The notes beneath the pieces are model-generated. The model ran no database searches. It had not been told where the DNA came from and worked only from the letters and a program-made list of their open reading frames with translations. A stretch of DNA of 33,526 nt from Basidiobolus ranarum (lineage: Eukaryota): NCBI GenBank assembly GCA_040143965.1, contig JASJQH010006949.1:1-33526 (forward strand). The letters are read 5' to 3'. Each line of letters starts with the position of its first letter. The stretch's first letter is position 1. The translations under genes were made by a program, and so were the position numbers. Below, one piece after another: positions 24,398-33,526 of this stretch.

Positions 24398-26215
24398 ATG
24401 TCGGTTGAAGGTCAAAAAATCAAGTCTGATGATGCTTTTGAGCATCATTCAGATGCCGTCGGAAGTTTGGATGCGAGACACAAAGTTCCTACTAAGACTT
24501 ATCTGTGGCTCTTTGCTTTTCAATTGCTCAAGCATGTTCATGATTTATTGCCGCTAAAGACTTGGTCACCATAGTAACAATCTTCTTCTATTTCAGCACC
24601 TGGTGCGACCGCTTGTATGACTTTGGCTCCTATTTATTTATCATTGACATTTTTAAGAATACTCTACTACCTTCGTCAGTGTATGGCTTCGTACTAACTG
24701 GAGTTGGCATCTTGTTGAGTAGTTGGATTGGTAAATGGGTTGACTATGTTGCTAGATATACAGGTGAGCCTATATATTTTTATATTTTGAGAGTTCTGTC
24801 TTGTCTAATCTACGCATCACCTAGCGGCACTTGTTGCTATTCCGATCAAGAGAATGAGTGTCGCTATCATGTGTCTTGGGTTTTGGTTTCTTTTGAGTAA
24901 ATACAACTTTGCCAATGACTCGGATAAATCTGTGATTTATGGAGTTTTCGGAGTTATCGTACTTTTCGCTAGTGTGCTGAAAGTCGCTACGATTAGCCTG
25001 TCCATTGCGATTGATAGAGTAAGTGTTCAGACCAACAATCACCTGAATTGGAACTTCACCATAACAAACTCTTACATTTCAGGATTGGGTTGTAATTTTA
25101 ACCAAAGGCAATTCTTCGGCTTTAACGAGTAATTAGATTTGACTTTTCATCGTCATATTTTCTAGTACTAACCGGATAAATCAGCGGTTAATACCAATAT
25201 GCGCCGTATTGATTTGATTAGTAAATTTGCAACGCCATTGTTATTTGGGTTTCTTTCGACATCTCAAGGAGTCATATTTTGCGTGGGATTAACCGGGTTT
25301 TGGAATCTTGCTTCAATGATACCAGAGTTTTTGATCATTCGTCACGTTTACAAGCTTGTTCCAGAACTATCTCAAAGCAAAGTTCTCGAAGAAGAGCACA
25401 GTGACGAAAAAAATAACACTGACTCTAAGATGGGTGTCCTCTCTCGGTTTTATCATGGTTGGCTGACGTACATAAATCATCCTGTATTTCCTTGTGAGTA
25501 CCCACCAAAGTTTAGCGTTCGAAGGACAAACAACTTATATATCCACTAATTGTTTGCCTCATTAGCTTCACTCGCGTATTCAATGATATACATGTCTGTC
25601 TTGAGTATCGCAGGAACCATGGTTTCTTATCTGTCATGGAAGGGATATTCCGAGTACGTGATTGGTATAATGCGTAGTTTGATGACTGCTCTGGCTTTCC
25701 TAGGTACTTTTGTAATGCCCATCATGAAACGTTTTCTCGGAGTGTATCGTACAGCCAGAGCTTCAATTTGGATTGAGGTGGCTTCCTTGATTCCAGTCAT
25801 CGTATCTTTTTTCCTTGCCCAAAACAAGCTCTCTGCCGTGCTACTCTTCGGTAATTTGAACGGACTATTTAGATTCAAGCCAGTTAGCTATTCTTTGTAA
25901 CATTACGAACTCTATAATTTAGGTGGTATTTCCCTCTCTCGGTTAGGTGTATGGGTATTTGATCTTAGTCAAACTCAGATCATGCAGGAAAGAGTTGAAA
26001 ATGCGCAAGCCGGTCTAATCAATGGTTGGCAATATTCTTTAACCAATGTGTTCGATTTGGGTCAATTTTTGTTGACCATGATCTGGAGTGATCCTCGCCA
26101 ATTCCACATTCCGGCAGTAATTTCTTTTGTGATGGTAGTATTGGCAGCCATAACATTTACTAGCCAATATCACAAAGTTGCAAGAGGTACGATCAATGCT
26201 CAACCTTTGAACTAG
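24398..26215 (+). CDS. Ferroportin (SLC40/FPN1 family) divalent metal exporter, 475 aa
   Basis: Seven exons 24398-24531, 24597-24763, 24825-25018, 25083-25128, 25185-25493, 25566-25850, 25923-26215 total 1428 nt. Family motifs TWCDRLYDF, IAIDRDWVV, NTNMRRIDL, SRLGVWVFDLSQTQIMQE, GLINGWQYSL. Confidence 0.9.
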
Positions 26216-26428
26216 ATATTCCTTCAATGCAACATATATATACCATACATCAATATATACTCTGAATCGTATAACTGTCTTTGTGTTGTTTTACCCCATG
26301 ACTCTCTCCTCTATGTTATATTACAATTCATTATTTTAGATTTCTTCACATTAAAATGAAAACACGGTTATATGAAATTGTTCTGAAAGAGAGTGTCCTT
26401 TGATTTATTAAGGCAATAAATACTAAAT

Positions 26429-27043
26429 CTAACGATAACGTCTGAGAGACAAAGTATTTCTCTTAATCCAGTTATTACGTCTACCAGAACCAATAGTCTT
26501 ATTGAAAGCGTGACCCTTGCCGTGACCTCTGTTCTTCTTGCCAATAGCAGTAAGTCCGCGAGCTTCACGACGCTTGTGAACGGGGTTACAGATCCAGTTA
26601 ATACGAGCATCACGACGGATAGCCTTGTGGGAGGGATCGACAAGGATGATTTCGAAGTACTTGTAGGTAGAATCTTGGTTTACCCAGTAAGAGTTCAAAA
26701 CACGAAGATTGGCACACTTACGACCAACACGTTCCTCAGCAGTAGCACGAAGAGAACGTTGGTACTTTAAGTGGTTAATACCTTGGTTAACGGGCTTACC
26801 GAATTGAGCACCCTTGGAAACAGGTCTCTTACGGTTACCACGACGAACACGAATACGATAGATAACATAGCCTTGCTTGGCCTTGTATCCTAGGCGACGA
26901 GCCTTATCGGGACGGGAAGGACGGGAAGCACGATGGATAACGTTTAACTGTCTGTATTCCCAGCAACGAACGCGGAGCAAAAAGCCCATAACGTCGGATT
27001 GCTTCTTTTTGTACAACTCTTCAATATACTTGTAGGCACCCAT
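26429..27043 (-). CDS. RPL15: 60S ribosomal protein eL15, 204 aa
   Basis: [45 protein letters not shown] is the canonical eL15 sequence at full length. Confidence 0.99.
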   Translation of the reverse strand: MGAYKYIEELYKKKQSDVMGFLLRVRCWEYRQLNVIHRASRPSRPDKARRLGYKAKQGYVIYRIRVRRGNRKRPVSKGAQFGKPVNQGINHLKYQRSLRATAEERVGRKCANLRVLNSYWVNQDSTYKYFEIILVDPSHKAIRRDARINWICNPVHKRREARGLTAIGKKNRGHGKGHAFNKTIGSGRRNNWIKRNTLSLRRYR

Positions 27044-27062
27044 ACTTGTCGTTTGCTACTAA

Positions 27063-27144
27063 CTTTTGACAAAAATGTTAGTTCTACTGCTCTAATAAGA
27101 TGAATTTAAATGGATGATCACATTAACGAGATTGATGGAATTAC
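27063..27144 (-). other. Putative 5'-UTR intron of RPL15
   Basis: Minus-strand AAG|GTAATT donor at 27144, AACTAAC branch near 27077-27083, AG acceptor at 27063 (alternatives 27059/27056) just before the ATG. Confidence 0.6.
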
Positions 27145-27493
27145 CTTCAATCTAAGGAAGTAAAAGGGCAGAGGAGGTTTGGACTGCACACTCTCAGCAA
27201 TATTTATTACCCTATTTCTGATCGTCCCCTTATATTTTCTACCCTGCTTTTTGCAGTATTTGTAAACCATGTTCTTGAAATATGATTTTATTTATTCATA
27301 TAAATGCATTTAAGCGTTTAAAAGATTGTATTGCATGCTGGTTTCATTGAGTTTGATTGAACAGGTTTATCCAACCCTAATTCCATCATCCAATCAAGTT
27401 GTGTTAATTATTCATGAGCATATAGGTTGATAATGCACCTCCGCTAAAACCTTCTTATCAACACAAATAACAAGTCCAACTTTAAGGCTTAGT

Positions 27494-28154
27494 ATGATTA
27501 TATTGACCAGCTCCGAAGGTACGGAATTCGTGGTTGGACCGGAGGTTATTGAAAAGTCTACACTGATAAAACTAATGCTTGAGGATGTTGGTGACTGCAA
27601 TGGCGACACAGGTAAGCTATCTCTTCGTTTTAGTAACGCTCGCTTCCAGAGGCTCGTTGTATATTAGCAACTAAATTCTTATTTTCAAAGCCATACCTCT
27701 ATCTAACGTAAGTGGTCCTATTCTCACCAAAGTGATTGAATATTGTATTCATCACCAAGAAGATCCTACTGAGAGCGACGATGATAGACCAAATACCTCA
27801 GAAGACATTAGCGAATGGGACTACGAATTTTGTCAAGTAGGCCAAGAAACACTATTTGAATTGATCCTGGTATTTTGTTGTCTCTTAGTCTTATATTTCT
27901 CAGTGCTATACATTCAATTTTTCACTCGATTATAGGCTGCTAACTATCTAGAGATCAAATCACTTCTTAGCCTCACCTGTAGAACAGTTGCTAATATAAT
28001 ACAAGGTAATGTTGGATCCATATTTATTCAATGGGAACTAGTAAGCAAATATAAACTATCATTAGGCAGAAGTCCAGAAGAGATCAGAAAGGTTTTCAAA
28101 ATCTCCAATGATTTAGAGCAAGTACGTCGCGAACATGAATGGTGCGATCGTTAA
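27494..28154 (+). CDS. SKP1: SKP1-family protein (divergent paralog), 151 aa
   Basis: Exons 27494-27611, 27691-27869, 27936-28005, 28066-28154. [69 protein letters not shown]. Confidence 0.92.
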
Positions 28155-29169
28155 ATCTAATAGGCTTGGACTAATGGAACCTCTGCTATCCACTCCCTCC
28201 AAATATGACAGTTCAGACAATACCTCCACTCGTTTGTGCTTTGATATTTATATCTGTTAATAAAATGCTATAGTGTATGGTTGATCTTGGGGATGGCAAG
28301 CATGATTGTTTCGCTGTACCTCACTTCACTTGTATATACGGTTTCAGACTGTCAACATCAATGTTGATGGTTTTTCCGTAGTATCACACGCCTACGTGAT
28401 TAGTAGAGAAGTCGAATTTAGATGGAAAGCATAAGGTGCAGGGTTACCTAAAAGAGGTGCAATTGTTTCCAGGACCTGTCTTATGTAAATTTATATCATA
28501 GCGTGGAGTCACTGTGTGTCAATTCATGACAGCTAATACCCTAAGTAACATATATGATTTCATCGAGTAGAGATGCCATATTCTTTGAATGATTTAAACT
28601 ACATTCAATGCTTATAGCTAGCAACATGATGGACCGTGAATCACTACAAAAGACCATTGCCATATAAGTTAAATTTAGTGACTGAACATCATATGATGAA
28701 TAATAGTACCAATTTGGGTACTATCCAAATATGGCTATCCCAAAGAGCAAGAAATAAACAGTCGTATTTTGACATGAGAAGCAACAGAAGAGTTTTGTAC
28801 CGGCGCTGTAGTTGGAAAGTACTAGAAATCCCTTTTCAAGTGGAAAAATAACACTTGATGCTGATTAATAATGTCTTTAGATGATGACGTTTCAAATTGT
28901 AATATCAATGCACCACACAGTCCTTTACATCAGCGATGTAATCACTGATCGCCGTCTTACGTGAAACATCCATGAGAGGAACCATGCTATTGAGTATAAG
29001 AGTTGTAAGCCTAAATATTTGGGGGGCTCGATGGATTTCGAACGTTTAGGATCTTCTGACCAATGCTTATTTTAATTAGAATGATCTTTACCTAGATTTA
29101 AGAAAGCAAATAGAAAATACATATAGGAGCTACTTCACCTTCATCACAATATTGCTCCACCCCAAGACT

Positions 29170-30228
29170 ATGGACTTTCAAACATATAACAAGGTCCACA
29201 ATATCTTATGCGCTCTGTCCATCACGTCCTCCCTCTTTGTAGCAATGGTAATCATTGTTATCTGGGTATATAATAAAGAGGCGGTGGACCGTGTGAGCAT
29301 CCGATTGACGCTGGCTATGTTGGTATCGGATGCTCTATTTACTACCGCGAGTATATGGGCAAACCATCAAGAAGTGGGCTGGGTATCTACATTCTGTATG
29401 TGGATTTACCTATTTGCCTTCAACTCATTCTGCTTCTTAAACATTACAATTGTTTTAAACCTGTATCTGATATTTGTACAGGGCAGGCGTAATGCTGTGA
29501 ATCTGGAGCGGATCTACTTTTTGACAGTCTTTTCTATGGCGTTTACTTTAGCCACTCTACCAGCAGCCTTCGGAGTCATTGGAGCTGACCCTGTGGCTCG
29601 TACATGTTGGTATATCAACGAAAAGAGTACTAGTGCAAGAGTTTGGCAACTTGTAACCTATGTCATACCTTCATTATCTTGCGTAATTTTCTGCACTATA
29701 ACTCTGATATTGGTCATGGTTCACTTACTCAGGCAAAGAGCATACTTTGCTCGAGATGCTTACAGTTGTTCTGGAAATATCGAGTCTTCCAGAAGGGCGA
29801 TACGCCACCAACGAATGATAAACTTAATGGTGACTAGGATTATTCTCTATCCCATTGTAATTATCTTGGTTCGATTTCCAATTGTATTTGTCATAGCGTT
29901 TGTGTATGTACGCAAAGATCAGCCAATTCCACCTTGGAGTCCACAAACAACACAGATCTGCGATGCCTCTCAAGGGTTCCTGAATGCTCTAGTATTTTGT
30001 CTTGATCCGGCTCTTCATTCAGCTTGGTACTCTTTTCGCGTAAAAATGACCCGACAATACTGTTTGCGTTCTTGCCTCGACTCCAGCTTCCGAAACAATA
30101 TTGTATTGAAATTCTTCAAATTATTTGCGTTCAAATCCTATGACGAGGAAAGCCTGCTCTCAGACTCTTTTAAGTACACAGACATAAAGACCGACGAAGA
30201 TGCTGATGAGATCAAGAAACTTCTATAA
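29170..30228 (+). CDS. Seven-transmembrane GPCR, cAMP-receptor/Git3-like class, intronless
   Basis: Seven hydrophobic segments; DRVSIRL..MLVSD (TM2), C at the start of TM3, TCWY in ECL2, RIILYP (TM6), SQGFLNALVFCLDP (TM7). First ATG at 29170. Confidence 0.85.
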   Translation: MDFQTYNKVHNILCALSITSSLFVAMVIIVIWVYNKEAVDRVSIRLTLAMLVSDALFTTASIWANHQEVGWVSTFCMWIYLFAFNSFCFLNITIVLNLYLIFVQGRRNAVNLERIYFLTVFSMAFTLATLPAAFGVIGADPVARTCWYINEKSTSARVWQLVTYVIPSLSCVIFCTITLILVMVHLLRQRAYFARDAYSCSGNIESSRRAIRHQRMINLMVTRIILYPIVIILVRFPIVFVIAFVYVRKDQPIPPWSPQTTQICDASQGFLNALVFCLDPALHSAWYSFRVKMTRQYCLRSCLDSSFRNNIVLKFFKLFAFKSYDEESLLSDSFKYTDIKTDEDADEIKKLL

Positions 30229-31689
30229 ACAACGCAGTTCTTGAAGAACAAGTACTGCTAAGAGCATTGTGATATTGATTACCTTCAGCTTCATTAACAA
30301 TTGTATGAATGCTTTTTACTGAAACTATCATTAATGCCTAACACTGGATTGGTGCTTACTAGTCTAGCGAGATACTATTCTCAATTAAATCGACACCTTC
30401 TGCTATCTAAGTAGGGACCAACAATCTTCATTGAATAAAGAGAGTACAAGAAGGTTATTTTGAATTGATGACTGAAATAGGGACATTACAAATTTCAGTC
30501 CCAGCAGGCCTATGGCCCACTACGTCATAAGCAAAATAAATAAATACTAGTATCAACATAACTAACTCTATTCCACCAAATGGAAATGAATACACTTCTA
30601 GACTAAGCTAAGCAATACTCACCAATAGATCAAGCTATTCTATCTATAGCACAAATCCATTTCAATTTGATAGGAAGGTTGAAAGCAGCCAAGCTGTTAA
30701 AGTAACTTTTGAGGAGGTTAGCGCTAGAACTGGAGCTCTTATACATGCGGAGTAAGGCATTTACAAGGCAATAGAAATCCATTCAAAAATGTAGGCATAA
30801 CCCAATCATAGTCTAGTGCAAGCCAAAAAGTGAAAATGCAGCATGTGTGTTGCTTTCATTCTATTATGTGAGGCATTGTAACTCGACTTCCATCAATAGA
30901 TAGGAATTCACCTCGCAAATATTCTGGGGTACTTAATGACTGGCTAAAATTTGGAGTCTTAGTACTTTAGTGCTGATAAGTCAGCATTACCTCCAAACCA
31001 ATGATGAAGGAGACATCTCATGGGAGAGCAGTGAATGGCGGGATCGGAAGATTGACAGCTGATCTCAGATCAAGTAATAATTGCAGTGAAGAGTTTGATT
31101 TAAACTATAAGGAAACTAACTGTCAGGGATGATTTTGCTTATGTCATGGAGGGGGGGGTGCTTGATACAACACTGCAGATGACTATGTGCCTCGGAATTT
31201 CATATAAAATATCATGTATTTGTGCCGACATCATGGAAAAACTTATCCCCTTTAGTTTCCGGAGAATTTCCACAAACTCCAGAGATTATCATAGGGATAT
31301 AGATCGAATCAAGATCAGTTTCAAAATGATTTATTAGTCAATACAAGTCTATGGTTTAAGGTGGCCCAAAGCTTCCACAAATTCTCAATTGAATGAGTAA
31401 TGAATGGGGGTAGGGTTGGTAGGCAAAGGACCGTGCGATTATTATGTATCGGTTGAGGATAGATGGATATTATTTAGTGAGATGCTTTTGAAAAAGAAAA
31501 TTGACTACACCCTCTCAAAGACATTAGAATCCGAATTCGATTTTGCTATATCTTCAGTGCTCAATTCTTCCGATCGGCAGATCGTAACTACAAGTAAAAG
31601 ATGATCTCGGGAATGAAGTGAGGAGTATCTAAAATGGTTCCACGTGAAATGAACGGAGTTCTTGAGCTGCGAGTGAAGGGAACCAACCT

Positions 31690-33007
31690 TCAGAACAAGG
31701 AACCTCCACTCACTGTTCCTCGCTTATCACTTTCCGCATGTGTATAATTAGGCGTTAATGGAATGTCTATAGTATCTTCAGATCTTGGTATTGATTGCTT
31801 TTGGAATCCATTACCGTTAGAACGGCTTCGTCGCTCCTCCTCTCTCACTTGCATAAACAACGAGAGATAGAAATACGCAGCGAAGTTGACGAATCCTCTT
31901 AACGGGGAAAATAAAGCTTGTAACAGGGCGAATGGGAAAAACGACGTTCCTCTGATCATAAAATAGATACGATTTAAAGTTCCAGGTGTCCTACATAAAA
32001 CAGATTTAGAGTAATGACTACCAAAATTAACTGGACCCCATTGCAATCATTGAGATCTTTACCAAACAATGAGAAAAGCGAGCAGATACAGCGATACGTT
32101 CTTTCCGTACACAAATTTGTAGTGGCTAAGGCTTGATCTATCCGGGAAAGAGAGATTTAATATGTATGTAGGCGACACCAAGAAAACTGCCCAATAGCTA
32201 CTTACCCTGTGATACTTTTAGCCTTCTGCCAGATAAGTCGGCCAACCCATATATAGATGACTGCGTTGAACGCAAACACAATCCACAATGGCAAAAATAG
32301 AAAAGCCAGCTGATGATATGGATGAGTGCTTGTGATCCAACACCTAGTCACCATCATCAGTATTGATATATTCATGATTAGAATGTGAGTAGAAGATTAA
32401 CACCAACCATATTGTAGTGTCTCCGTACAAGTTCTTCCCATTGCTATCGTGGATGAACAACGGCACAACTGCAAATACAACTCCTACTGAATAGCAAATA
32501 ACTACATAGTATTTCTCGAATTTTAAGACGTCCTCAAGACCAAGCTCCATGAATAGTATAAAGACCAAGTTGAGTGATATCATAGCCGTCCAAAGGATCG
32601 ACGAGATATCCCCCCACTGCATGGCTCCTGCTTGAAATTGACAAAGAAAGCTATCTGTTCCGGCCATAATACCCCATCTAATATCAACAAACTATTAAGT
32701 ATGTACGCGAATACAAGAAGTGTTGGAAGCCAAATAAACCCGAACCTTCCTATGAACCTAGAAACAACCGACAGTAAATCCGAAATGGCCATAAAAAACA
32801 CCAAGCGAGCAGTTGCTGTTTGGAACCGCTTCCAAAAGAGGAAGGCCTAGAATCAAACTGTAAGATAACAGTCTCAATTAAATCAGTGACTGAGGAACTT
32901 ACGAAGATACTCGTCAGAGACCCAAAGATGCTCAGAGTGGCGGTGACTTTGGTTGCATATTGTAGGGTATCTAGCTGTAAAGTGGTGAAGGGCATAGGCT
33001 CAGGCAT
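31690..33007 (-). CDS. Seven-transmembrane GPCR, cAMP-receptor-like (CAR/Crl/GCR1 type), about 329 aa
   Basis: Six exons 33007-32903, 32846-32746, 32677-32408, 32343-32206, 32137-32063, 31990-31690 splice in frame. RLVFFMAISDLL, LCQFQA..Q, YGDTTIWWCWI-type ECL2 segment, YLLAFLIVWTPGTLNR, PLRGFVNFAAY. Confidence 0.88.
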
Positions 33008-33526
33008 ATATTGAATAAAATCAATCTTATGGAACAGAGGATGCTGTAAAGTTAAGCGAAGGGAGGGTTTATGTTTGATGGGGTCAGCAATATGGCTCAA
33101 AGTGATTGGGTTCTAGACTAGTGTGGATCTATATCAACTTTAAACAGTGCTAATTAGGTGTTGAGAGTGAGGGGCATGAGAAAAGAGAAAACGAAGTATA
33201 ATCCCTGATTCTGTCGAGCGGATTGTTAAGGAAAAAGCTTAAGCGAAGTGAATCTCGACCAGAGTAATAGCAGTTAATATATAAAATCTGTAGTTTGCAA
33301 GTATCATAAAATGAACTTGATGGTCGAGACTGTGGCCAACTACCGCATGAATACTCATCAGTTCATTAGATAAATATAGGCATTTACAGCACTGCCAACC
33401 AGTTTGAATTCACGATTAAGAGACATACAGAACACCCTACCTAGATTTTTCCTGTTTGTTAGTTTCATTGAATTTGGAAATATACATGCCGTCTCTTCAC
33501 TTCATTCTGTGTTCACATAACCCTTG

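Noticed and set aside
9525..26215. Apparent iron/heme/mitochondrial gene cluster (GCV1, HEM13, MGE1, ferroportin)
   Set aside because: Interspersed with unrelated genes and no shared motif seen; chance neighbourhood is sufficient without synteny data.
26368..26770. Alternative-frame and antisense ORFs over RPL15 (similar ones over FAA1, GCV1, MGE1)
   Set aside because: Shadows of codon bias in real genes.

Overview
AT-rich, intron-containing eukaryotic DNA, inferred to come from an early-diverging fungus (Zoopagomycota/Mucoromycota-like: short GT-AG introns with CTAAC-type branch sites, fungal-type housekeeping genes, cAMP-receptor-like GPCRs). Manual splicing resolves 13 protein genes: a Tdp1-family phosphodiesterase (runs off the left end), long-chain acyl-CoA synthetase, alpha-arrestin, glycine cleavage T protein, V-ATPase subunit G, a multi-exon Nse5/SIMC1-like protein, coproporphyrinogen III oxidase, mitochondrial GrpE, a ferroportin-family transporter, RPL15, a divergent SKP1 and two convergent GPCRs. 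Non-genic structure includes a dead ~240-bp copy of part of the acyl-CoA synthetase gene and a nested cluster of three solo-LTR-like units at 20.5-21.6 kb. The most notable observations are the SIMC1/Nse5-like protein that the ORF track fragments, N-terminal mitochondrial targeting exons on Tdp1 and coproporphyrinogen oxidase, apparently swapped target-site duplications (a possible fossil LTR-mediated inversion) plus a 22-nt microinversion, a GC-AG intron and altered metal sites in ferroportin, and a SKP1 lacking the TPEEE segment. I found no convincing multi-gene novel system. Family comparisons rely on recalled sequences and need database confirmation.
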